This document shows positions 29,270 to 38,325 of a DNA stretch of 54,312 bases, in pieces. A model generated the notes under the pieces. The model made no database searches. It worked only from the letters and a program-made list of their open reading frames with translations, and was not told the DNA's origin. A program made the translations under genes and the position numbers. Source of the DNA: Opitutales bacterium (GTDB lineage: Bacteria > Verrucomicrobiota > Verrucomicrobiia > Opitutales > Seribacteraceae); the NCBI GenBank assembly GCA_029251885.1, contig JAQXCL010000097.1, positions 1 through 54,312 on the forward strand, in the 5' to 3' direction. Every line of letters starts with the position of its first letter. The stretch's first letter is position 1.

Positions 29270-29689
29270 ATGGCGAAATTTGAAGTGCCAGATACCAACG
29301 ATTCACCGGATCTTACTCCGATGATTGATGTCGTGTTCCTTTTGATCGTATTTTTTATGGTCGTTGCTAAACAGGTCTCTGAACAATATGTCGAGCTGTC
29401 TGATCCTAAGCTCGGCATTGCCTCAAATGCCAAAATTCCCGAGTCACCTCCATCTCGTACCATTATTTCTGTGGATGACGATCCTTCGATGGGTCAAATG
29501 ATTTATTGGGGAGAACAACCGATAGATATTTCTCAAGTTTCAGTTGCCGTTGCGAGAAATCCTACATGGAAAGTTTTTTTAAGGTACCATGTAGATATCC
29601 CCGCATCGGTACTCAATGATGTCCATGAACAAGTCTTAATGGGAGGCCAATCGAATATTGTTTTTGGTGCCTTTAAATCGGCGGAGTAG
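29270..29689 (+). CDS. exbD: ExbD/TolR family protein
   Basis: DLTPMIDVVFLLIVFFMV with the conserved transmembrane Asp. Confidence 0.9.
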   Translation: MAKFEVPDTNDSPDLTPMIDVVFLLIVFFMVVAKQVSEQYVELSDPKLGIASNAKIPESPPSRTIISVDDDPSMGQMIYWGEQPIDISQVSVAVARNPTWKVFLRYHVDIPASVLNDVHEQVLMGGQSNIVFGAFKSAE

Positions 29690-29701
29690 ACTTTAAAAGT
29701 C

Positions 29702-30136
29702 ATGGATACTTTTAAGAAAATTTTGGATGATGTCGATGAAGTCGACCTTACTCCAATGATCGATGTTACATTCTTGCTATTAATCTATTTCATGGTCACC
29801 ACCATGATCAAGCAACCTGAAGCGGAACTTTCTGCTATCCTCCCGGGGAAATCTGCACCAAGCAGTTACAATAAACCAAAGCCTGAATCCCATATAGAAA
29901 TCGAAGCAGATGGCTCGGTCAGGGTGGATGGCAACTACATGGGTAATGCATTTGAAGCCTTAGATCTTCCCGATGTTAAAGATTATTTGCTTGGAGAAAA
30001 AAGTAAGCATGGAGAAGATTTTGTAGTACATATTTGGACAGATCCATTAGCCAATTGGCAAGCCCCTCTAGCTGCATTGAATGCATGCGGAGCTGCCAAG
30101 ATAAAGAGTGTGTCGCCAAACATGAGACGAAAGTAA
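29702..30136 (+). CDS. exbD: ExbD/TolR family protein (second copy)
   Basis: DLTPMIDVTFLLLIYFMV with the conserved transmembrane Asp. Confidence 0.9.
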   Translation: MDTFKKILDDVDEVDLTPMIDVTFLLLIYFMVTTMIKQPEAELSAILPGKSAPSSYNKPKPESHIEIEADGSVRVDGNYMGNAFEALDLPDVKDYLLGEKSKHGEDFVVHIWTDPLANWQAPLAALNACGAAKIKSVSPNMRRK

Positions 30137-30149
30137 GGCGTGCTTCCAA

Positions 30150-30533
30150 ATGGTAGTTTGTAAATTTCTACATACCCGTTTGCGGGTAAATGATTTAGAA
30201 AAAACGCTTGGATTTTATCAACGGGTTTTTGATCTAAAAGTCACCCGTAGGCATGAATCACCTCGTGGGTCTAAGCTAGCATTTCTTGCTGTGCCTAACA
30301 GTGAAGAGGAAATTGAAATTACCTATTTCCCGGGATCTGGCCCAGTGAAAGTACAGGAGGATTTAATGCATTTGGCCTTTGAGGTCGATAGTATGATAGA
30401 TTTTCAAACTCATTTAGATTCAATTGGTGTGCCCTTGAGTGATGGTCCAACCCAAAGCTCATCAGGTTCAATTTTTGCTTTTGTGGATGCACCTGAAGGT
30501 TACGAGGTCGAGGTAATTGAACGGCCAAAGTAG
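30150..30533 (+). CDS. gloA: VOC family protein, lactoylglutathione lyase (glyoxalase I)-like
   Basis: FLHTRLRVNDLEK, EIEITY, HLAFEV and AFVDAPEGYEVEVIE. Confidence 0.8.
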   Translation: MVVCKFLHTRLRVNDLEKTLGFYQRVFDLKVTRRHESPRGSKLAFLAVPNSEEEIEITYFPGSGPVKVQEDLMHLAFEVDSMIDFQTHLDSIGVPLSDGPTQSSSGSIFAFVDAPEGYEVEVIERPK

Positions 30534-30581
30534 AACCTTTCTTTAGGGTTATCGTTTTCATATTAAGTAATACAATTAATT

Positions 30582-31229
30582 ATGGTCACCATGATTAAAA
30601 GTTCATTTTGTTTGTTCCTCAGTGTACTTTCTCTTCTAGCCCAAGAAACACCACAGGAATTGGAAGCGAGTCGGGAAATCCTGTTTGACGGCCAAAGCCT
30701 GGAAAATTGGGAAATTACAGATTTTGCGGGTCGGGGAGAAGTTGGCCTTGATGGAAATGGAAGTGCCATGCTTGAATTTGGCATAGCTTTGACCGGCATA
30801 CATTGGGTCGGTAAGGAGTTGCCCCGGGTGAATTATGAAATCAGATGGGACGCCAAGAAGGTTATGGGGACAGATTTTTTTGGTTCCCTCACATTCCCTT
30901 ACTTAAAAAGTCATGGAACTTTAATTCTTGGCGGTTGGGGAGGTGCTTTGGTTGGAATATCTTGCATTGATGGTTTTGACGCATCAGAAAACGATGCGGC
31001 CACGGCTCATCGATTTCGTACGGATCATTGGTATACCTGTCGTTTACGAGTTACGGGTACCCATTTAAAATTTTGGGTTGATGAAGAAAAATTGATTGAT
31101 TGTGAAGTTGAAGGTAGGGAAATATCCATGCGTACGGGAGAGATTGAAATGTCTATCCCATTGGGCTTCTCTACTTATGATACAACGGGTCTTATCAAAA
31201 ATGTAATTCTTATCAAGTTGTCGGACTAA
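30582..31229 (+). CDS. Exported DUF1080 (3-keto-disaccharide hydrolase-like) protein
   Basis: Signal peptide, LFDGQSLENW N-terminal motif and beta-sandwich pattern (WYTCRLRV...FWVD). Confidence 0.75.
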   Translation: MVTMIKSSFCLFLSVLSLLAQETPQELEASREILFDGQSLENWEITDFAGRGEVGLDGNGSAMLEFGIALTGIHWVGKELPRVNYEIRWDAKKVMGTDFFGSLTFPYLKSHGTLILGGWGGALVGISCIDGFDASENDAATAHRFRTDHWYTCRLRVTGTHLKFWVDEEKLIDCEVEGREISMRTGEIEMSIPLGFSTYDTTGLIKNVILIKLSD

Positions 31230-31250
31230 GAGACACCAGCCCGTACAGGC

Positions 31251-32306
31251 TTAGGATGTTTGTAGAGTTTTATTTTCGCGCAGCCTTAATTGGCCACAGG
31301 CAGCATCTATGTCGTGTCCTTTTTCCATACGCAAAGTTACCCGTGGTGGGTTGCCTTGCACCACCTTTTGGTGGAATGCACGAATTTGTTCAAGGGAAGG
31401 CCTTTTCCAAGAAAGTCCATCCACACGGTTGTATGGAATCAAGTTGATCTTCGCATTAAGCCGACGCGCATGGCTTACTAAGAGCTCCGCTTGCTTTAGG
31501 TCATCATTTACGCCTTCGATCAAAATATATTCCAATGTGATCATTTTTTTGCGCTCCGCGATAAATTTTTCACATGATTCGAGCAAAGTGTTGAGAGGAT
31601 AGCGTTCATTGATGGGCATAATCTTTTGGCGGGTTTGATCATCCCCGCCATGGAGAGAAATCGCCAGGCGTATTTGAGCGGGGTATTTTGCAAGTTCTAA
31701 GATCTTGGGAGCCAATCCACTGGTGGAGAGTGTCAGGTGTCTCGCTCCAATACCTAAGCCCTTTTCGGAAAGAATCTGATCGAGCGCAGGGAGAAGGGCA
31801 GGGAGATTGGCTAAAGGTTCCCCCATGCCCATGAACACTAAATTATCAATTCTACGATTTGCCTGATTGCGGGCGAGAAGAACCTGACCAACGATCTCCC
31901 CAGTGGTCAGGTTACGCTTTAAGCCATCCAATCCACTGGCACAAAATTTACAACCTATTGCACAGCCCACTTGTGTGGATACACAAAGGGTTAGTCGTGA
32001 TGAACGTACGCCTTTTGTCCCGGTGGTTGCCGGAATGAGCACGCTCTCGATAAGTTGTCCGTCCCTTAGTTTCCATAGGAATTTACGGGTGGTGTCGGTT
32101 GAACCTTGAGACCGAAGTATCTCCATAGGACACAAGTCCCAATGAGTAGAAAGTTCTTGCTTAAGAGATTTGGGCAGGTTGGACATCTCTTCCCATTCGA
32201 AGCATCCTTGTTCAAAGATCCAATGGCGCAACTGTTCCATGCGGTAGGTTGGAACTTTGCCAAGTTGCCATTTTTCGAAGGGCTTATCTAAAAGTAAAGG
32301 ATTCAC
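31251..32306 (-). CDS. rlmN: 23S rRNA m2A2503/tRNA methyltransferase RlmN (radical SAM)
   Basis: CVSTQVGCAIGCKFC, FMGMGEP and DIDAACGQL. Start uncertain (GTG 32306 or 32342). Confidence 0.95.
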   Translation of the reverse strand: MNPLLLDKPFEKWQLGKVPTYRMEQLRHWIFEQGCFEWEEMSNLPKSLKQELSTHWDLCPMEILRSQGSTDTTRKFLWKLRDGQLIESVLIPATTGTKGVRSSRLTLCVSTQVGCAIGCKFCASGLDGLKRNLTTGEIVGQVLLARNQANRRIDNLVFMGMGEPLANLPALLPALDQILSEKGLGIGARHLTLSTSGLAPKILELAKYPAQIRLAISLHGGDDQTRQKIMPINERYPLNTLLESCEKFIAERKKMITLEYILIEGVNDDLKQAELLVSHARRLNAKINLIPYNRVDGLSWKRPSLEQIRAFHQKVVQGNPPRVTLRMEKGHDIDAACGQLRLRENKTLQTS

Positions 32307-32405
32307 GATTATTCTTTTGCCCGAAAACTCGGGCCATGGCAAACGATCAAGTCGGTTACATCTTGCCCAATACTAAAAATAGGGAGAGCATGTAATGTAT
32401 TACCT

Positions 32406-32822
32406 ATGTCAAACTCTTTGGTCGATAAATCATTAGTTCATTTAAGCGAGGCTGGTTTACGGTTGACCAAACAGCGAAAAGCGATGCTGGAGGTTTTGGC
32501 AAAAGCTGAAAAACCATTGTCCGCTGAAGAGGCACACGCCGAACTTCCTTCCGGTACCTGCGACCTGGTAACTGTGTATCGTTCACTTGAACAGTTCGAC
32601 CGTGTTGGAGTCGTTCAACTTGGAGTTCGGGAAAATGGAACAAAAGTGTACTGCCTATCCCACGGACATGATCACCACCATCATTTGACCTGCCGAATCT
32701 GTGGTCGTACCGAACGAGTGGATATATGCATGGCCGAAGAATTAGAACAGGTAGGAAGATCTTACGGATTCACTGAATTGTCCCATGTGATGGAACTCTT
32801 TGGAACTTGTCCAAAGTGCTAA
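32406..32822 (+). CDS. Fur-family transcriptional regulator (Fur/Zur-like)
   Basis: GLRLTKQR, TVYRSL, HHHHLTCRICG and GTCPKC. Confidence 0.9.
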   Translation: MSNSLVDKSLVHLSEAGLRLTKQRKAMLEVLAKAEKPLSAEEAHAELPSGTCDLVTVYRSLEQFDRVGVVQLGVRENGTKVYCLSHGHDHHHHLTCRICGRTERVDICMAEELEQVGRSYGFTELSHVMELFGTCPKC

Positions 32823-32935
32823 AAAGAAGTCTGAATTTGAAGAAAGTCCTTTAGAATAAAAATTTATATTCTTGGGTATTCTCCCTTGCTTGCTCTCCTT
32901 TTTTTATGGAATATGATGTTTTTATAAAATTTTGT

Positions 32936-33784
32936 ATGTTTAGAAATATTACTATTTTACTCTGTTTTGGAATTACTTCCTTGTCCGCATCTCCAGATCT
33001 TGAGTTAAAAAAGATAGAAAAAGCACTGCAAACAGTTGCGCCTGTTAAATCCAAAAAAGTTCCTCAAATTCTAGTTTATTCGAAAGCGAGTGGATTTGCT
33101 CACAAGTCCATTCCGACCGGAGTTAAGGCATTACGTGCTTTGGCACAAAAGACTGGAGCCTTTAATCCAAAGTTTTCTCAGTCGGTTGAAGATTTTTCAG
33201 TAGAAAACCTAAAAAAGTTTGATGGATTAATTTTTAATAATTGCACACGTGTGGAAAAGGCTTTTGTCAGTCAAAAACAGCGAAGCGCACTTTTGAATTT
33301 TATTAGGAAAGGTAATGGTTTCGTCGGTTTTCACGGAGCTTCAGACGCGGGTATGCCCAAATGGCAAGAGTATACAAATATGATTGGAGGTTGTTTTGAT
33401 GGACACCCCTGGAATGCAGGTGGCACATGGCCCTTTAGGGTTGAGGACCCTGGGCATACTTTGTCTAAAAGCTTTGCCGCTAATACCTTTCGCTTTTCGG
33501 ATGAGATCTATCAATACAAAGGTTACGATCGTAAGAACCTGCGTGTTTTAATAAGTTTGGACGCAAATAAAAGTGGGAAGTCTGGAAAGTCTCCTACTCA
33601 AGATTATCCAGTATCCTGGGTTAAGTCTTATGGAAAAGGGAGGGTGTTTTATTCAAACTTTGGACACAATAAAGCGACTTGGTGGACACCTTTCTTATTG
33701 GAACACTTCCTTGCAGGCATTCGATGGTCGGTGGGAGAATTGGACGGGCTGCACGATAGTTTGCCCCTGCCACCCAAACTTTGA
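32936..33784 (+). CDS. Exported ThuA-like domain protein
   Basis: ILVYSKASGFAHKSI, GFVGFHGA, FDGHPW, DEIY, PVSWVKSYGKGRVFY and GH. Confidence 0.88.
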   Translation: MFRNITILLCFGITSLSASPDLELKKIEKALQTVAPVKSKKVPQILVYSKASGFAHKSIPTGVKALRALAQKTGAFNPKFSQSVEDFSVENLKKFDGLIFNNCTRVEKAFVSQKQRSALLNFIRKGNGFVGFHGASDAGMPKWQEYTNMIGGCFDGHPWNAGGTWPFRVEDPGHTLSKSFAANTFRFSDEIYQYKGYDRKNLRVLISLDANKSGKSGKSPTQDYPVSWVKSYGKGRVFYSNFGHNKATWWTPFLLEHFLAGIRWSVGELDGLHDSLPLPPKL

Positions 33785-33828
33785 TGTATTAAACTTAACT
33801 CCTAAACTAATAACATAAAACTATAATA

Positions 33829-35160
33829 ATGAGTAACCAAGATTCAGTAAGTAGACGAAATTTCATGGGATCAGCCGCCCTTGCCAGTGCTGCGGTTTCA
33901 TTTCCCAATATACTAACCGCAAAAAGCAAAGGAAAAGAAGTTATTCGATTTGCTTTGATCGGTTGTGGAGGGCGGGGAAAAGGTGCCGCTGCTCAAGTAA
34001 TGAACTCACCTCACAAGACCGAATGTGTGGCACTGGCAGATGCTTTCATGGATACAGCAAAAGGAGCCCAGAATTACCTCAAACATGTTGGGCATGAAGA
34101 TAAGCTTAAGGTAACAGATGATACCATTTTTGCCGGTTTAGATGCCTACAAGAAGGTTATGGAAATGGATAATGTTGATTTGGTTCTCCTAACCACTTCA
34201 CCTGGATTCCGTCCTTTGCATTTCGAGCATGCCATCAACAAAGGCAAACATGTCTTTATGGAAAAGCCAGTTGGCACAGATGGAGCAGGAATTAGAAGAG
34301 TTCTCGCAGCAAATGAAATTGCCAAGCAAAAGAATCTTATGGTTGCCGTTGGTCTTCAACGCCACCATGAGCCTAATTATATTGAAACCGTTAAGCGTAT
34401 TCAGGATGGTGCGATCGGTGATCTTTCCTATGCACGTGTATTCTGGAACGGGGGAGGAGTTTGGACCAAGAAAAGAACTTCCAGCCAAAATGATATGGAA
34501 TACCAAGTTCGTAATTGGTTTTATTTTAACTGGCTTTGTGGAGACCATATTGTTGAACAGCATATTCATAACACTGATATCATTAATTGGATCAAAGGAG
34601 CCTATCCAATCAAAGCGAGCGGTCATGGAGGCCGCCAAGTGCGCGGTAATCCGGCCAATGATCCTGATTGGAAAGATCACGGAGAAATCTTTGATCATCA
34701 TTTCGTTGAGTTTGAATATGCGGACGGTTTTAGGATGTACAGTCAATGCCGACATATTAAGGGATGTTCCCAAAATGTATCCGAGCACATATATGGAGCT
34801 GATGGATATAGCCAGGTAGGTGGACCTCACACAATCTTTCCAAAATCGGGAGATCCTTGGCGTTATCCAGGTAAGAAAGTTGGCGGTCACCAACAAGAGC
34901 AGCTCAATATGATTGATGCATTGGCTAAGGGGGAAGTTTACAATGAGGGAGATTATGGTGCGAAAAGTACCATGACCAATATCCTTGGTCGTTGCGCCAC
35001 TTATTCCGGTAAGGAGATCACCTTTGATCAGGCATTAAATTCGAAGGTAGAGCTTTGTCCTAACATTGATTCCCTTAGTTGGGAAAGCGAAGCCCCTGTA
35101 CAAATGAATTCTGCTGGAGGGTACGATGCACCAGTGCCTGGAAAAACTCGAGTGATCTAA
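33829..35160 (+). CDS. Tat-exported Gfo/Idh/MocA oxidoreductase
   Basis: Twin-arginine signal SRRNFM, LIGCGGRG, HVFMEKP and GDHIVEQHIHN. Confidence 0.92.
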   Translation: MSNQDSVSRRNFMGSAALASAAVSFPNILTAKSKGKEVIRFALIGCGGRGKGAAAQVMNSPHKTECVALADAFMDTAKGAQNYLKHVGHEDKLKVTDDTIFAGLDAYKKVMEMDNVDLVLLTTSPGFRPLHFEHAINKGKHVFMEKPVGTDGAGIRRVLAANEIAKQKNLMVAVGLQRHHEPNYIETVKRIQDGAIGDLSYARVFWNGGGVWTKKRTSSQNDMEYQVRNWFYFNWLCGDHIVEQHIHNTDIINWIKGAYPIKASGHGGRQVRGNPANDPDWKDHGEIFDHHFVEFEYADGFRMYSQCRHIKGCSQNVSEHIYGADGYSQVGGPHTIFPKSGDPWRYPGKKVGGHQQEQLNMIDALAKGEVYNEGDYGAKSTMTNILGRCATYSGKEITFDQALNSKVELCPNIDSLSWESEAPVQMNSAGGYDAPVPGKTRVI

Positions 35161-35186
35161 TTCATACTTAATCAAGAATCTTAGAT

Positions 35187-35223
35187 GCGACCCCGGGTGA
35201 AAAACTCGGGGTCGCTTTGTTTT
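35187..35223 (+). terminator. Intrinsic terminator after the Gfo gene
   Basis: GCGACCCCGGGT-GAAAA-ACTCGGGGTCGC stem (one G-U pair) followed by TTTGTTTT. Confidence 0.8.
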
Positions 35224-35256
35224 GACCCGGCAGGATTAACCTTTAGCAAATTAGTT

Positions 35257-35793
35257 ATGATTCTTTCAGACGGAGCTATTTTAGATGCAATTCAACGCAG
35301 GGATATTGTTATCGAACCCTATGACCGTACTTGCCTGGGTACAAACAGTTACGATGTCCATCTTTCTCCACACCTTGCCTGTTATGTGGATGATGTAATT
35401 GATGCCCGTAAGCACAATCAGGTGGAACATTTTACCATACCAGAAGATGGATTTGTTTTAAGACCCGGGCAAACTTACTTGGGAGCCACTTTGGAATATA
35501 CCGAAACTCGTCGGTTTGTTCCCTTTTTGGAGGGAAAGTCGAGCGTGGGCAGGTTGGGCATTGATATCCATGCAACAGCGGGTAAGGGAGACGTTGGATT
35601 TTGTAATCATTGGACGTTGGAAATTTCTGTTTCTCAACCTGTACGAATCTATGCAGAAATGCCCATCGGGCAGCTCATTTATTTTTTGGTGGAGGGAGAA
35701 GTCGAGGTAGATTATTCCAACAAGGCCTCCGCTAAGTACAATCAACGTTCTTCATTACCGGTTGAATCAATGATGTGGAAGAATGCTTTTTAA
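35257..35793 (+). CDS. dcd: dCTP deaminase
   Basis: MILSD, NSYDVHL, GKSSVGRLGIDIH, GDVGF and TLEI. The track start (35185) lies upstream of the terminator, so 35257 is preferred. Confidence 0.94.
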   Translation: MILSDGAILDAIQRRDIVIEPYDRTCLGTNSYDVHLSPHLACYVDDVIDARKHNQVEHFTIPEDGFVLRPGQTYLGATLEYTETRRFVPFLEGKSSVGRLGIDIHATAGKGDVGFCNHWTLEISVSQPVRIYAEMPIGQLIYFLVEGEVEVDYSNKASAKYNQRSSLPVESMMWKNAF

Positions 35794-36213
35794 GTGAATA
35801 AGGAAGAAGGGCTGTTAAGAGAAATTCTCGAGGAACATGCTAGCAATCCTTGTGGCCAAGATGAATTGTCCGACACCTCTCATACTGGCGAATGGAAGAG
35901 TCGTAAAACAGGGAATCTTTGTTGTGTGCAAATACAGGTATATAATAATCAGATATTGCGGATGGTTGCTCGAGTTGAAGGTTCTGCATTAGCAAAAGCC
36001 TGTGCATCAATTATGTGTAGTGAGTTGCAAGGTAAATCTATTGAGAGTGCCCGAACAACGATGCAAATAGTCAAAAAATGGATCGAGTACGGAGAAGCAC
36101 CAGAGAATTGGCAGGGCGAGCTAGTGGTATACCAATCCTTGGTTCAATTTCCCGAACGAGTGGATTGTGCGACCTTGTGCTGGAACTCACTCAAGAATGC
36201 ACTCGAAGGCTAA
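35794..36213 (+). CDS. SufU/NifU-N-like protein with degenerate ligand set
   Basis: EILEEHASNP, EGSALAKACASIM, GKSIE and FPERVDCATLCW align with SufU. Confidence 0.75.
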   Translation: MNKEEGLLREILEEHASNPCGQDELSDTSHTGEWKSRKTGNLCCVQIQVYNNQILRMVARVEGSALAKACASIMCSELQGKSIESARTTMQIVKKWIEYGEAPENWQGELVVYQSLVQFPERVDCATLCWNSLKNALEG

Positions 36214-38324
36214 TACCCAAATTTTTTGTAACCCTTATACCCACCACCTGAATTTCCCCAATTCGAATTCCCGAATGATCGCTCTTTTCGATGCCCGTGG
36301 CGGGAATGTGCATTGAGTAACTCATACCGCGACTCGGGAAGTTCTTTGATGAACCTGCTTTGCATAAGTCGAACGGGCATACCTTTTTGGTTGGCGAGGG
36401 TGGGGTAGAGTAGGTGTAAAGATCGTTCTGCCCGGGTAGTCGCAACATAAAAGAGCCTTCTTTCTTCCTCCAAGTCACCCTCCCCGTCAATTGCCCGCTT
36501 ATTGGGAAAAAGTCCATCCGCCAAGCCGATGATAAATACATGGGGATACTCCAGACCTTTAGACTGGTGGATAGTGGATAATCGAATACAGCTTTCTCCC
36601 TGTCTAACTACTCGATCTCCGGATTCTGAACTAAGAAGTACCAATTGTGAGAGCATTTCTGCTAAACTTTGATGCTTGGAAGCAAAATCTACTAGGCTTT
36701 CTAAATCCTCTTCCCTTCTCGGCCAGTTTTCGAAGGTTGCTCGGAGGTATGTTTGATACCACCCGCCAATGGCTTCTTCGACCACAACGGATGGAGTTGC
36801 TGTAGCTGCAATCACATCAATATTAGCCAAGGTTTCAGCCATCGACACCCAGTCTTCCTTGGCATCTGCTGGAACTTTTTTAAATACCTTTTCTTCTCCC
36901 AAGACTTGGCAGATTGAGACAGCTTTTTCAGCGGCAACTTGGGTAGCAAGTTTTAACAGTTTGATTGCAGTTTTTTCTCCAATTTTAGGGAGTAGGCAAG
37001 CAAAACGGAAGAAAGCTGTACTGTCTTTGGGGTTGGCCACAAATCTCAATTGGGCGACCATATCCTTAACATGAGCTTGTTCGAAAAATTTCAATCCACT
37101 GGTTATGAGAAAAGGAAGTCCGCGACGAGAGAGTTCAACCTGAAGCTCCATAGCGTGATAATGAGCTCGGTATAGGATGGCGATTTGATCATAGTTTGCC
37201 CCGGAATCATACAGCTCTTCAATTTTAGAGATTACAAAATCAGCCTGTTGATAAGCTTCCAACGTTGGTACCACTCTTGGTAATTCATGGTGTGGTCGGG
37301 ATGCCTTTAACTCCTTAGTAAAACTTTTTTCAGCCGTTCGATTCTCAAGAATTCCGTTGGCTAAATTAAGGATTTCTGGAGAGCTCCGGTAATTGGTTTC
37401 GATTTTATAAATTTTAGCTCCCGGGTGCCTCTCTGGAAAAGAAAGGATCTGATCGAGGTCAGCCCCTCTCCAGGTGTAGATGCATTGAGCATCGTCACCT
37501 ACGGCCATTACCTGATGGTTTGAAGCAATTTGGTCAACAATGCTGGCTTGGAGCAAATTCACATCCTGATATTCATCTACGAGGACATGGGAAAAACGAT
37601 TTTGGAAATAGGTGCGTGCATCTTCGTGTTTTTCCATAAGCGTTAGCCAAAAGACAAGTAGGTCGTCGTAATCGGTTAATCCTCGAGCTAATTTCGTTCG
37701 GGTGTAAGCGTCGAAGAAATGCTCAATTTTTGAGACAAGTTCACGGTTCGAGGGATAACGAGCGAGGGCTACCTCTTCGACATCTTTACCCACGTTTCTA
37801 GCAAAGCTTATCAATCCTTTGATCGGCTTTGCCTTGGGGTTTTCTTTTGCTTTGAAGAAGTCGGGGTCGATTTCCCGAATGATTTCATTTAAGAGTGCGT
37901 CTGAATCACCATCATCGAGGATGGTAAAACTTCTGGGTAGACCGATTAAATCTCCAAACATGCGCAGTGCCTGGCCACCGACATGATGAAAGGTACCACC
38001 AAGAAACCTGTGACCGCCTACGCCGGTCAATTCTTCAACTCTTTCAAGCATTTGCCTAGATGCTTTGTTGGTAAAAGTGAGCAGGAGGATAGATTCCGGA
38101 GAAGCTCCTTGTTCCAAGAGGTAAGCAACCCGATAGGTCAAGGTACGTGTTTTACCCGAACCGGCTCCGGCCAAAACTAAAGCAGGACCATTTGGTGCAG
38201 TGACCGCCTGGTATTGGTCTGCGTTTAACTCTTTTTTAAAATCAATACCTTCGCCAGTGGCAGGCTTGATCGATTGGGGTGGCGGACCAAATAAATCGTC
38301 TTCTTCGTCTTCGTAGTCGTACAT
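36210..38324 (-). CDS. uvrD: UvrD/PcrA/Rep family ATP-dependent DNA helicase
   Basis: LAGAGSGKT, TFTNKA, VDEYQD, VGDDAQCIY, NYRS, STIHQSKGLE and EERRLFYVATTRA. Confidence 0.93.
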   Translation of the reverse strand: MYDYEDEEDDLFGPPPQSIKPATGEGIDFKKELNADQYQAVTAPNGPALVLAGAGSGKTRTLTYRVAYLLEQGASPESILLLTFTNKASRQMLERVEELTGVGGHRFLGGTFHHVGGQALRMFGDLIGLPRSFTILDDGDSDALLNEIIREIDPDFFKAKENPKAKPIKGLISFARNVGKDVEEVALARYPSNRELVSKIEHFFDAYTRTKLARGLTDYDDLLVFWLTLMEKHEDARTYFQNRFSHVLVDEYQDVNLLQASIVDQIASNHQVMAVGDDAQCIYTWRGADLDQILSFPERHPGAKIYKIETNYRSSPEILNLANGILENRTAEKSFTKELKASRPHHELPRVVPTLEAYQQADFVISKIEELYDSGANYDQIAILYRAHYHAMELQVELSRRGLPFLITSGLKFFEQAHVKDMVAQLRFVANPKDSTAFFRFACLLPKIGEKTAIKLLKLATQVAAEKAVSICQVLGEEKVFKKVPADAKEDWVSMAETLANIDVIAATATPSVVVEEAIGGWYQTYLRATFENWPRREEDLESLVDFASKHQSLAEMLSQLVLLSSESGDRVVRQGESCIRLSTIHQSKGLEYPHVFIIGLADGLFPNKRAIDGEGDLEEERRLFYVATTRAERSLHLLYPTLANQKGMPVRLMQSRFIKELPESRYELLNAHSRHGHRKERSFGNSNWGNSGGGYKGYKKFGY

Positions 38325-38325
38325 G

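Noticed and set aside
34198-34896. 232-aa antisense ORF and 196-aa alternate-frame ORF
   Set aside because: Both lie inside the Tat-Gfo gene and have no recognisable features.
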